A stretch of 64,000 nucleotides of DNA, taken from assembly GCA_002269645.1 (NCBI GenBank), contig NIVC01001046.1, positions 248,001 through 312,000 of the forward strand, given 5' to 3'. Position numbers and translations under genes: made by a program. Positions within the stretch are counted from its first letter, which is position 1. Every line of letters begins with the position of its first letter. The notes under the pieces were generated by a model that worked only from the letters and a program-made list of their open reading frames with translations, had not been told where the DNA came from and searched no databases. Shown here piece after piece: positions 1 to 23,100 of this stretch. The stretch is from Macrostomum lignano. Lineage: Eukaryota.

Positions 1-1582
1 TCTTCGCGAAGGCCAGCGTCCAAAGACAATACCCTACGTGGTTTTTGTCCCTGCAAAGAGCACCAGACGTTATTCGCCGGGTCCTACTGCGTCTGAACCC
101 CGACCTCCCTGCTAGTGGACTGGTGTATCAACGTAGCTCGTAATATCCGCAGGGGGGAGACGGGCAAATCAATCGTCCTCGGCCTTTCCAAAGCTTGGGC
201 GAGTCGGTACCCTAACGGATCCTCTTTCCAGCTGGGTGCCCTCAAGCTCAAGATGCACCGAGGAAAGTCTGCCAAAGGGAAGGCTTCTGCCAACCCCGGC
301 ATCTCCGGCAAGAGCGGGGTGCAGTCTAAGGCCCAAGGAAAGGCGCAAGCCGATCCCAAAACCGGAGCTGCATCTCGCCCCTCTGCTAGCAGCAGTTCGG
401 CCACCGCGGTAACGGCTCCGGCCAAGCCCCGGGAACCGAACCTGCCAGCCGGAGAAGGAGTTGAGGACGAGGCCGGGTCTTCGGAATCCGAGCTCTCCTC
501 GGCCACCCTGGTGGGGTCTGAAGGCATGAGGAGATGAGGAAGCTTCTTCCATCCTGTCACCGGAGCCCGAGGACTCTGCTGGGGGGGCTGGTGGGGATGA
601 GGAGACCATGGACGTCGACCAACTCCCATCTCCCAGTCAAGCCCCAGCGGCCTGGGACAAGGACGATTTGCTGTCCAAGTCTCTTTGATGGCCCGGGGCT
701 CTAGCCAGACATTGCATTTAATACAGTATGACTAAGCTTCACGCTGCCAAAGGAGCGAAATTCTGTCTGCAAATAAATTTACAGCATTGCGTATCTGCGT
801 CAGTAAATCTGATGAAGATTGCTGAGCTGTACAGGCCAGGCCTCATCCTGATCCAGGAACCCTGGATGCGCAACGGTAAGTTTCCTAACATTCCCTCTGG
901 CTACTCTGATTTTTATGTGTGTGGCCCGGGGAACAGCCGCCCTAGAGCGGCTATCCTCGCTGCCAGTCATTTCCATGCTTGGCTGAGGACTGATCTCTCA
1001 GATGGAGACCTCTGTGTCATCCAATTTAATCATCTCTCTCCGCGGACGTGTCTCGTTGCTTCGATTTATATTCCAGGCGACAGAGACCCTGCACCTGAGA
1101 GTCTACTACGCCTTGCGCAGTACTGCGAGTCCCAGAACGCTGAGCTGTGCTTAGGGGGCGACCTCAACGCACACCATAAGCACTGGGGCAGCAAAGACAC
1201 CAATACTAGAGGGGAGGAGCTTCTGGCCCTTATCTCTAATACAAACCTCATGCTCTGCAACCGCGGTAGCACTCCTACCTTTAACAATGGCAGATGGACT
1301 GATGTCCTCGATGTCACACTCGTTACCCAAGACTCTTTGACAGAGTTGAGGAGTGGAGAGTCTTGTCTGAGGAGCCCTCCCTGTCTGACCACTGCTTTAT
1401 CGCCTTTAACATCCCGGACACTAAACCCCAGTCCTCGATCACTTGGAGGCGTAACATCCGCAACACTGATTGGGCAGCCTATAAGGCTACCCGTGATCTG
1501 CACCTGCAGGAACTCACGGACTTACGTTCGATTGAGACCTGCGAGGATGTGGACCATGCGGCTGGTAGGGCCTCGGACTGCA

Positions 1583-1814
1583 GGACCGCCCTCACAGAAC
1601 GAAAGGCAGCCCAGGCAAGCCCGCGGCGGCGTCGCAGGTCCTCGCGAGAGTCTGGAACCAGACCGCCGAGGTAGACGAACTGCTGACATCGCGGGAGCTC
1701 GGTCGCCTGCCCGTCAGCGCCTCGGCAGAATATTGCAGCCTCGATGTCGTCCGGCACGCAGAGCACGACGGTCTTCTGCGTGTTGACCACCATGCCGACG
1801 CTCGCCGCAACGCT
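1583..1814 (-). mobile_element. Antisense internal fragment of a second (RTE-like) LINE reverse transcriptase inserted in the LOA-like element
   Basis: The minus strand reads ASVGMVVNTQKTVV...LPRCQQFVYLGGLV...DLRRRRGLAWAAFRSV (RT motifs 6-7 and the thumb region). Flanked by tgca (1579-1582 and 1815-1818); removing it restores the host frame ASDC-IIAAYEAACP. Confidence 0.75.
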
Positions 1815-3190
1815 TGCATTATTGCAGCCTATGAAGCGGCCTGCCCTGTCCGCACCTACAAAGGCAAGACCTCGTCGCCGTGGTGGAACCCGGAGCTGGG
1901 GAAACTCAAGCGGAAGGCCAAAAGCCTTCACCGCCGTGCCATGAAGATCGGAAACCCGAAGGACATGGAGCTTTTCCGACAAGCCTCCCGCAACTTCAAA
2001 TCTGAAGTGCACAAGGCCAAGGAATGTAAATGGCGCCAATTCTGCAATGAGTTGGATCAAGACAGACCTACTTCTAGGCTTTTCAAGACCCTTACAATGG
2101 ACAAAATGTCCAAATTAGCCATGATCAAAAGAGATGATTCAAGCCCTTCAAACCTCCTGGACCTGATGGTATCTACCCTGTTCTTCTTTATGAAGCAGCC
2201 AAGATACCCTCGTTCTTGAGACTTACCCGCAATCTCATGCGGGCCTCTATCCAGCTGGGATACGTTCCCAAGTGCTGGACCGAAGCTCGGGTAGTCTTTA
2301 TTCCCAAACCTGGGAAGGGTGACTACCAGAGCGTCAAGGCCTTTAGGCCAATTAGCTTAACGTCAGCAATGCTTAAGCTCACTGAGAGCCTTATTCTCTG
2401 GCGGCTGCTTTCTTGCGAGCTGACAGCAATGCCTCTCAGCAATCATCAGCACGCCTTCCGTACCGGGAGGTCGACTGACAGCGCCGTGCATGCGATAGTC
2501 GAGAAGATTGAACGGGCGGTACTGGGTGACGGTTACGCCCTGGCTCTTTTTCTCGACATTGTTGGCGCCTTCGACAACGTTATCTTTGAAGCGTTTCAGA
2601 GGGCCCTTCAAAACCGCAAAGCTCACGCTACCCTCATACGGTGGATCATGTACATGATCTCCAACCGTACGGTCACTGCCCAACTTCTTGGGCAAACTGC
2701 CTCCGCCAGAGTCTGTATAAGGATGGACCCCAAGGCGGAGTCCTTACCCCGACGCTCTGGAACCTGGTCATGGACGCTCTCCTGGGCGACCCACGACCTG
2801 ATCTGATCCCGTCTTCAAAGTCGGGTATGCTGACGACGTCACTGCCATTGTGGCTGGGCCGTCCCCCAGCACGCTCAGGGATCTGATGCAGAGCTTTATC
2901 CGCAAAGCAGAATCCTGGGCCAATGACAACGGTCTGGAACTCTCTGAGCCCAAAACTGTTGCCATTATGTTCACCAGCAGAATACGCTGGAACATACGAC
3001 CTCTGCAGTTATACGGCAGAGAAATTGCCTTCGCGCACCAGACCAGATGTCTCGGGGTCATACTTGACCACCGGCTCAGCTGGTCCTTCCACTTGAAAGC
3101 AAAAGCCAAGCGTGCCTCAGCCATCCTGGCCCAGCTCTATCCTCAAAGCGGCTTTGGTGGATCTACACTTCCGTAATTAGACCTGCCATT

Positions 3191-3550
3191 TTTTTTACTA
3201 GAGGCAGGGGGGTTGTGTGCACCCTGGCGCACTTTAAGCGACATAGGCACACAACCGGCGAGAGGCATTACTGCCCATTCCGCCGACTCCCCTGAGCAGG
3301 CATACAAGCGCGCGGATACGTACGCAGGCACACACTCACACAGGAGTGTACAGCGGCCCTAACTTTATTTTATCGTTAGGCATGTACATTTCACTGCGCC
3401 TTGGGGGGTTGGCTCTCAAGACCGTTAATTGCACGAGCAGAGCCAAGCCGAGATACCAATTCAGCCCCAAATTAATGTGACTGCACTTGGAATCGAGCCT
3501 GGGTCGCTGGCACACCAGAAGCCTGCGCTACCGCTGGGCTACGGCCCCCC
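3191..3550 (-). mobile_element. tRNA-derived SINE, full-length copy A
   Basis: The reverse complement starts GGGGGGCCGTAGCCCAGCGG (A box) ... GGCTCGATTCC (B box) and ends in an A-tail. Perfect 14-bp TSD ttagacctgccatt (3177-3190, 3551-3564). Homologous copies at 27261, 33421 and 38323. Confidence 0.93.
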
Positions 3551-5719
3551 TTAGACCTGCCATTACGTACGCCTCGGTTGTCTGGGTTAGCGCTACCCAG
3601 GTCAAAAGCCATGCAGATTTGCTCAACACGATCCAGGGCAGAGCGTGTAGGCTTATCTGCAACGCCACCAGGTCCACGCCCTTTGCCGGCATGGGGGCCT
3701 TCCTTAATCTACCGCGTCTCGACCTCTTCGTCAGAGGTGAGGCGGCTAGAACGACGCGGCTTTTACTTGATGCCGGTGTTAAATTCCTTTACATGAGGGC
3801 ACCTGCTAAGCGGAACCTCGTCCCGCATAGCGACCTGTGCCTCAACATTCTCAACGAGTGTCAGGCCAATCGCGTCTTCACCGATGGCATTGCCTCAACG
3901 CTCAACCTGAGACAACGCTAATCTGTAGCTATCGACTCGCGCGATACCATCAATGACCACTGGAACCATAGTGAGCTTCACTGCTACACCGACGGTTCTA
4001 AGCAGTCAGCCAACACCGGTTTTGGTGTTGGAATCTTCCTGAACGGGAGGGTTATCGCAACCCACGCTCAGTACACTGGGGTCAACTCCAGTGTCTTCCA
4101 AAATGAAGTTCTCGCCATCAGCTCCTGCACCACAGAGCTCCTCGCCACTGGTGTTACCGGTAAGAATTTTCCATTCGGACAGCCAAGCCGCCTTGCACGC
4201 CATCAGCGGCTGCAGCACCAATTCTGCTACAGTCCTCGACTGTATCAAACTCCTCAACATGTTGGGCTCCACCAACAAAATCACCCTCAAGTGGGTTCCG
4301 GGGCATGTGGGGATCCGAGGAAATGAGTTGGCTGACGCCCTTGCGAAAGTTGGCGCCTCCGGCTCCTCTCTCGGTCCCGAACCCCTTGTCCGGATTCCTG
4401 GCTGTGTCATCGACTCGCGCATCAAAGCGTGGATCAGGACCCAGCACCGCTCGGCTTGGGCGAACTGCACTACCTGCAGGCAATCCAGAGGCGCTGTCCC
4501 TCAGCCCTCTCACCAGCTCCGGAAGCTCCTCTTGCGCCTCTCGCGCAGAGACACCCGGGCTGCCACCATGACCCTCTCTGGTCACGGCTGCTTCTCCAGG
4601 CACCAGTACCTGCAGGGCAACGCCACCAACGCCATCTGCAGTTTCTGTAACTCAGGTGACGAAACCGCTGAGCATTTCGTCAGCATCTGTCCCGCCTTTA
4701 CGCGAGCCAGACTCACTTACCTCGGGCCACACAAATCTATTACTGAAGCGTGCAAACCCGAAAACTTTAACCAGCTCATGCGCTACCTCCGGGCCACCCG
4801 CAGGACTGAACTCTCCTTTCCAGAGAGCACTATAGCTGCTGGCGACACTGGGGACCTCCCTGGGCGGCGCCAACCCTTCGTCCATAGCGACGCGTCGGCC
4901 GTTCAGGGATTAGCGGAATGGGCGCTCGCGCCTTCCCGCTGTGTCCCCCCGGGACAGCCCTGCAGCTGAGTCAAGTAAGTCAGTGGGGGCGCCATACTGT
5001 GGGGGCGCCATACTGTGGGCGCGCCAAACTGTGAGCGCCATGAGACCGCGTGTCTGTCTGGTCTCGCGCTGTGGTAAAGACCGGAGCGAAAAAGCGCTAT
5101 GCTCGCATTCAGTGCTAGTTTTTGTTTAAACAACTCTGAACCAAATGATGATTAAGGCCTATTTCTAGCTGCAAAGAAAATATGAAGTTAAAAAAAACAG
5201 TTAAAAACCTCTCACAACTGCCCCTTGTGGTTGCTACAATGCCTCTAGCATATGTGGCATATGAAATGTCAAAAATTTTGAGTCTTCAGTATAGAGATCC
5301 TCTCTCTCGGGCTAAAAATAGTTCAATAGCAGCGGTGCAATGAGCAGCGCCAAGAAAAAAAATAATGCAAAAAAAAGTTCTCAGCTTTATCTTCATTTTC
5401 TGAGATCTAAAAGCCTTTAAGACACTCGCCGTGTGTAAAGCAACGGAGAGATAGAGAGCTAGATTTGATACAATAGATTCGTCAGGTGAGAATTGCACTG
5501 CATGACTGACTGCCTGCCTGTGGTCCCGTCATTGGCCGGCCCGGTGCAGACCCACCCCCCCCCCTCCAGACCAGAGCAACGATAAAAAACTTTAGAGATT
5601 GCAGCTAAGTCACGCATAGGCAGACCTTCTCGCAATTCTGCTCAAGTGCGGAGCAGTTCTCATCCCACCTCTGGTTCTAATTTGCTACATTTGAAGCGTT
5701 GAGATAACTCGACAAGACG

Positions 5720-16645
<10,926 letters not shown>

Positions 16646-17934
16646 CCAACTACTTGCTTTGCCATAGTATTATTCAAATTGCTTCTTCTAGAAGTAAACA
16701 GTTCAGCTGAAGCAGTAAGATTTCCCACCTCGAGGCAGCTGTTAATTCTGGCAAATTTTCTAACACGATCGAGCGCTGACGAACAGGAGGTGACAAGTGG
16801 CGATTCTCAATGGTTGTGCCGCTTATAACTGCTTTAATTTACCGGCACATATATGTCCATGCAGTCATAATTATTGCTTTAACACAACCACCCTGATCGT
16901 ATAGACAAGCACCGTCATCAATTAAAATTTGTTCAATTATATTGTACGAGTATTATAAGTATTTAGGACTCGATGAGAATTTATGAATGGATTTTCTAGG
17001 AAACGAATTTTGACGCTTAAACTCGCGCCAAAAAAACGGAAATTTATCTTAAGGAACTTAATATTGCTGGGCTAGAAATTCTAATAGATCGAATTAACGA
17101 GCGAATTACGCAGTGCTAATATGATTAACCTCGTTAGTAACGAATGCAGATTTACGGTGTATATAGTGAAGCGAATTTGAGAATGAGATTTGGCGCGAGT
17201 TTAAACCACTTTGCGGGCATTGATTACAATCTGCAAGGCTGTCTAATTAGAGTCAAATCAGTGTACAAGTGATCTTACTTATTAATTTCTGCAAGATCTG
17301 TGCAGCTAGATTAGGATTTCCATTGACCAGTTTTCACTCTGCATATTGATTGCGGTCACCGAAAAGTTTTCGACAAATTTTCATTTTTTTCTCTCGATAA
17401 TTATTACGAGTATTTTACTGAGTAAAGTTTGGTTTGTAATCACTGCACACACACACACACACCGGTGTTGCCAAAGCCTCATCTGGGAAGCTGAATTGAG
17501 CAGTCTGTTTAAAAATGTTCTCATTCTCTTGCATTTAAAAGCCCAAGTTAAACACAACTTACTCATTATTATTTGCAATCATTTTTCTTTGATGCGAGTA
17601 CAGATGCAACACGTGCGTGCGCGCTTATAATATCTATCTATTTTATTTAGAATATATAGCGCGGTCACTTGAATGGCTACATTGCTACTTCATATTTTAT
17701 ATGCATGTATCACCCTGCGAATGATACCTCCCTTCGATAAACTTATAATTTACGAGTATGATAATCTCCAGCGATTGATTAATTTGCATTGTACAATGTA
17801 CATTGTACATTAACATATGTATCTGCTATACATTTTTGTTAAGCTTATTGATCAAATTAGAAAGAAATACTTCTTTAGTCAAAATCGTCTTCTTGTACTT
17901 CTGTTTTTCACTTTGTATGCAGAATAGTGGGGTG

Positions 17935-19310
17935 CGTTAAAGGGTAGAGTTTATCAGAGAAAATGTACAGTTGGGGTTGGTCAGAAGCTAGTGTACATTA
18001 GGGGTAGAGTTTATCAGGGAGAGTACACAGTTGGGGTCGGTCTGAAGCTAGTGTACATTAGGGGTAGAGTTTATCAGGGAAAGTGTACAGTTGGGGTCGG
18101 TCTGAGCTAGTGTACATTAGGGGTAGAGTTTATCAGGGAAAGTGTACAGTTGGGGTCGGTCTGAGCTAGTGTACATTAGGGGTAGAGTTTATCAGGGAAA
18201 GTGTACAGTTGGGGTCGGTCTGAGCTAGTGTACATTAGGGGTAGAGTTTATCAGGGAAAGTGTACAGTTGGGGTCGGTCTGAGCTAGTGTACATTAGGGG
18301 TAGAGTTTATCAGGGAAAGTGTACAGTTGGGGTCGGTCTGAGCTAGTGTACATTAGGGGTAGAGTTTATCAGGGAAAGTGTACAGTTGGGGTCGGTCTGA
18401 GCTAGTGTACATTAGGGGTAGAGTTTATCAGGGAAAGTGTACAGTTGGGGTCGGTCTGAGCTAGTGTACATTAGGGGTAGAGTTTATCAGGGAAAGTGTA
18501 CAGTTGGGGTCGGTCTGAGCTAGTGTACATTAGGGGTAGAGTTTATCAGGGAAAGTGTACAGTTTGGGTCGGTCAGAAGCTAGTGTACATTAGGGGTAGA
18601 GTTTATCAGAGAAAGTGTACAGTTGGGGTCGGTCTGAGCTAGTGTACATTAGGGGTAGAGTTTATCAGAGAAAGTGTACAGTTGGGGTCGGTCAGAAGCT
18701 AGTGTACCTTAGGGTAGAGTTTATCAGAGAAAGTGTACAGTTGGGATCGGTCTGAGCTAGTGTACATTAGGGGTAGAGTTTATCAGAGAAAGTGTACAGT
18801 TGGGGTCGGTCAGAAGCTAGTGTACATTAGGGCTAGAGTTTATCAGGGAAAGTGTACAGTTGGGGTCGGTCTGAGCTAGTGTACATTAGGGGTAGAGTTT
18901 ATCAGGGAAAGTGTACAGTTGGGGTCGGTCAGAAGCTAGTGTACATTAGGGGTAGAGTTTATCAGAGAAAGTGTACAGTTGGGATCGGTCTGAGCTAGTG
19001 TACATTAGGGGTAGAGTTTATCAGAGAAAGTGTACAGTTGGGGTCGGTCAGAAGCTAGTGTACATTAGGGGTAGAGTTTATCAGGGAAAGTGTACAGTTG
19101 GGGTCGGTCTGAGCTAGTGTACATTAGGGCTAGAGTTTATCAGGGAAAGTGTACAGTTGGGGTCGGTCTGAGCTAGTGTACATTAGGGGTAGAGTTTATC
19201 AGAGAAAGTGTACAGTTTAGGTCGGTCAGAGGCTAGTGTACATTAGGGGTAGAGTTTATAAGGGAAAGTGTACAGTTTGGGTCGGTCAGAGCTATTAGGG
19301 GTAGAGTTTA
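17935..19310. repeat. 59-60-bp satellite array (~23 units) between the convergent 3' ends of the Ig gene and staufen
   Basis: Unit ttaggggtagagtttatcagggaaagtgtacagttggggtcggtctgagctagtgtaca. Confidence 0.97.
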
Positions 19311-20148
19311 TCCGAGGAAGCTGATAACAGAAAGATTATCTGTCTAACAAAGAAACGATTATTCATCATAAATTAGCCCCAAAAACTAAATAAAAAATTA
19401 ACAACAAAACTTAAGTACATTAATTTCTTTTCAGCAAATAGTCACTGTATTATCTATCAGGCAGTCGAGAAGCGCTTGCTCAGTTCTAAATATCGTATTT
19501 AATGACGCAATATGTTTAGTAAATCTCTCATATCCGCAATCAAATTCACGGCTTCAATTGTATACAATTGGTTAACGCAAAACAAAAAATTCAATACACA
19601 GACGCGTGCGCGCACTGCTACTGTTAGTAGGTACGAATTATTTAAAAAAGAAACATTTCTTTCACAATGATAAATTAAAAATAACATTTTAAAGAAGGGA
19701 AAGAGAGCAGAAATTGTTACAATAATTACAGAAAATCCATATTAATTGCTACATCAATACCGCAATCAATAAAAATTGTTACACAACAAATTAGGGCTGT
19801 TCCCTAGGCAACCAACACTGTCAATTTTGAATTGTAACGATTACAAAGACACCTCACTAGAGATTCCAATCTGGTCATGTTAGACAAACTAAAAGTACAC
19901 AACATATCTAATCACCAAGATCTATAAAATCTCCAAATGAAATGTCAGCCATACCCTCTCTGTTGAACTTTGCTCAGATTTTATATAAGAAATGAAAACT
20001 ACAAATTGCTTTGAATCTACCAATAAAAACACGATTTTGCGGCACAGTTTATCACATATAAAACAAAAATAACTGTAAAGACCAATAATAGACTAAATAA
20101 TAATGACAAGTTTCACTGCGCCCTATTCTACAGTGTAATGCAAGTAAA

Positions 20149-23100
20149 TTACACAGCTGGCACACTGGCTGGGCCGCACTCATTCAACTCATTAACAGCA
20201 GCCACTTGCGGCTGCTGCATAGTCGAGTTCAAAGACAGCTCAGCCAGCTTCTCTAGTGCGAGCGAAGCGGCTGCATCGTGGGCCCGCTCGACGCTGTCGC
20301 TCTCGGCGCACAGATCGGGCAGGCGGCCCTGCGGCGAGGAAGGATAAGCAGATTTGTTAGTCATGAAGTACTTGGATGCAAAGTGTGCGGATGGATCTGG
20401 AAGGGTGAAACTGAAGGATCTTTGGGATCTGGAAGGGTAAAACTGAAGGATCTTTGGGATCTGGAAGGGTAAAACTGAAGGATCTTTGGGATCTGGAAGG
20501 GTAAAACTGAAGGATCTTTGGGATCTGGAAGGGTAAAACTGAAGGATCTTTGGGATCTGGAAGGGTGAAACTGAAGGATCTTTGGGATCTGGAAGGGTAA
20601 AACTGAAGGATCTTTGGGATCTGGAAGGGCAACTGATAGATCTTTGGGATTTCGGAAGGGTGCCTGATGTTCCTTTGGGATTTCGGAAGGGTGCCTGATG
20701 TATCTTTGGGATACAAGAGGGCTGCGGCCTAGGTCATTGTTGAACTTAGCCCGAAGAAATCTCATCTCTCACCTGCACCCCAACCAGCACCCTGGAGCTG
20801 TACACAGTCCGGCCGTGCTCCTGCTGCCTAGCGGAGTCGGCAAATTCCACTGAACAGCCGGCAGCCTCGCACAGGTAGAGCAGCTGAGCCTTGGGCCGGT
20901 GGCGACCTCTCAGACAGGCGGCGCCTGGGTTAATGGTTTCGGCTGTTAGCGACTGGCCCTCGGTGAGCAGCTCGTGAGCAATGAGGCCCAGAGTCTCGAT
21001 TGGCAAGTCCGTGTGGTCGGGCAGCGGCGGCAGCGACTCGCCGCCAAGGGTGCCCCTAGCGGATGCTATGATGACCTTCTTGCTCGGAGTCTGAGAAGAT
21101 GCGGCAGCAGCGGCGGCAACAGCGGCGGATGCGGCCGCTACGGCGGCGGAGTCGGAAGCGGCGTTCGTACTGTCGGCTGCTGGCGAAGCCGACTGAGATT
21201 GGTGAGCGGCGCGAGCCAATCCCGATTTGAGGGCCGATTTTCGCGGCACGGCGGGCTCAATGCGGCGGTAGCCCATGAGCTCCAGCATTGCCTCGGCTGC
21301 CACTCGCTTAGCCAGCTTCTTATTTGGCCCAACGCCCTGGGTTCGCTCGCCTGTACTGGGCAGCATGCAGTCGATGTGGTATTCTCTGTGTCTGCTGTAG
21401 CCTATGGTGGGCCGGTCCAGCGACAGAGAGTACACCGGGTCCTTCTGCTTGCGGGCCTGGGTTATCTGGATTAGGCGACTGATTGGATTTACCTGCAGGA
21501 TGGCGATTAAGTGTTGTGAACTCAAATATAACTAAAATGACGATTCTTGGAAACAGTCAATTAAGGAGGCTATTTTATTGACCAAAACATCAGGGTGAAT
21601 CTTAGAAACTGTTTAGTGTTAATGCGATTCTTGTAAACAGTTCAGGTGAAGCGATTCTCGGAAACAGTTTAGTGGGCGATTCTTGGAAACAGTTAGTAGG
21701 CGATTCTTGGAAATAGTTTAGTGGGCGATTCTTGGAAACAGTTTGGAGGTAATTCTTGGAAACAATTTAGGGGTGATTCTTACAAACCGTCTAAGGGCAC
21801 TTCTTGGAAACAATCCAGGGGCAATTCTTGGAAACAATCAGGGGCGATTCTTGGAAACAGAAGATTCTTGGAAACAGTTCAGGGGCAACTCTTGGAAACA
21901 GTTCAGGGGCGATTTTTTGAAACAATCTAGGAGCAATTCTTGGAAACACTTCAGGGGCAATTTTCGGAAATAATCAGGGGCGATTCTTGGAAACAGAGAA
22001 GATTCATGGAAACAGTTCAGGGGCGATTCTTGGAAACAATCAGGGGCGATTCTTGGAAACAATCAGGGGCAACTCTTGGAAACAGTTCAGAGGCGATTCT
22101 TGGAAACAGTTCAGGGGCAACTCTTGGAAATAATCCAGGGGCGATTCTTGGAAACAATCAGGGGCGATTCTTGGAAACACTTCAGGGGCAATTCTTAGAA
22201 ATAATCAGGGGCAACTCTTGGAAACAGTTCAGGGGCAACTCTTGGAAACAATCCAGGGGCGATTCTTGGAAACAATCAGGGGCGATTCTTGGAAACAGTT
22301 CAGGGGCGATTCTTTAGAAACAGTTCAGGGGCGATTCTTGGAAACATTCAGCCCGTCGAACTTTTCACCCGGAATTTCGCCCGGAATTTTTTGCGTTCAC
22401 CCGGAATTTTTTCCTATTCCAGTAATGCAATCTGATCCGGGTGGAAATTCCGGATCTGTAACGAAAGTTTACAGAATCCGGGCGAAATTTCCGGATCAAA
22501 AAGAAAAATTCCGGAAAATAGACCCGGATCGCTAAAAAAAATCCGGTGACTGTTCCGGGTGCGATCCGGGCGAGTGGAACGGATCAGCACACAAATCCGG
22601 GCTAATTCTGGGCGAGTGAACCGGATCAGCACACAATTCCGGGCTAATTCTGGGCGAGTGGAACGGATCAGCACACAAATCCGGGCTAATTCTGGGCGAG
22701 TGAACCGGATCAGCACACAATTCCGGGCGAGTGAACCAGATCAGCACACAATTCCGGGCGAGTGAACCGGATCAGCACACAAATCCGGGCTAATTCTGGG
22801 CGAGTGAACCGGATCAGCACACAAATCCGGGCGAGTGAACCAGATCAGCACACAAATCCGGGCTAATTCCGGGCGAGTGAACCGGATCAGCACACAATTC
22901 CGGGCGAGTGAACCAGATCAGCACACAATTCCGGGCGAGTGAACCGGATCAGCACACAAATCCGGGCTAATTCCGGGCGAGTGAACCGGATCAGCACACA
23001 AATCCGGGCTAATTCCGGGCGAGTGAACCGGATCAGCACACAAATCCGGGCGAATTCCGGGAGAGTGAACCAGATCAGCACACAAATCCGGGCTAATTCT

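Larger units (their letters stand above)
728..4969 (+). pseudogene. Fragmented ORF2 (endonuclease-reverse transcriptase-RNase H) of the LINE
   Basis: Domains are spread over ORFs 728-1786, 1941-2219, 2216-2806, 2850-3176, 3487-3921 and 4091-4969 in different frames, and are interrupted by insertions at 1583-1814 and 3191-3550. Confidence 0.9.
1..4984 (+). mobile_element. Decayed non-LTR retrotransposon (LOA/R1/I-group-like, APE + RT + RNase H + C-terminal zinc finger), 5' end outside window
   Basis: ORF1 C-terminal remnant (1-537). APE motifs LIQEP, GGDLNAHH, TPTF, DVTL (728-~1580). RT motifs PGPDGIYP, FRPISLTS, QHAFRTGRST, FLDIVGAFDNV, PQGG, YADD (2826-2837), LGVILD. RNase H YTDGSK, SDSQAAL, WVPGHVGIRGNELAD. 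Zn finger SGHG...CSFC..DETAEHFVSICP. Ends in a short aagt-type tail near 4975-4984. Many frameshifts and deletions. Confidence 0.93.

Noticed and set aside
3481-3550. Possible tRNA genes at SINE heads (also 33421, 39060-39128, 51290-51350)
   Set aside because: A/B boxes are present but there is no complete cloverleaf; each continues into a SINE body, and two have clean TSDs.
4984-5045. Three gggggcgccatactgt-like repeats after the LINE 3' end
   Set aside because: Too short to classify; a local duplication with no further support as a regulatory or RNA element.
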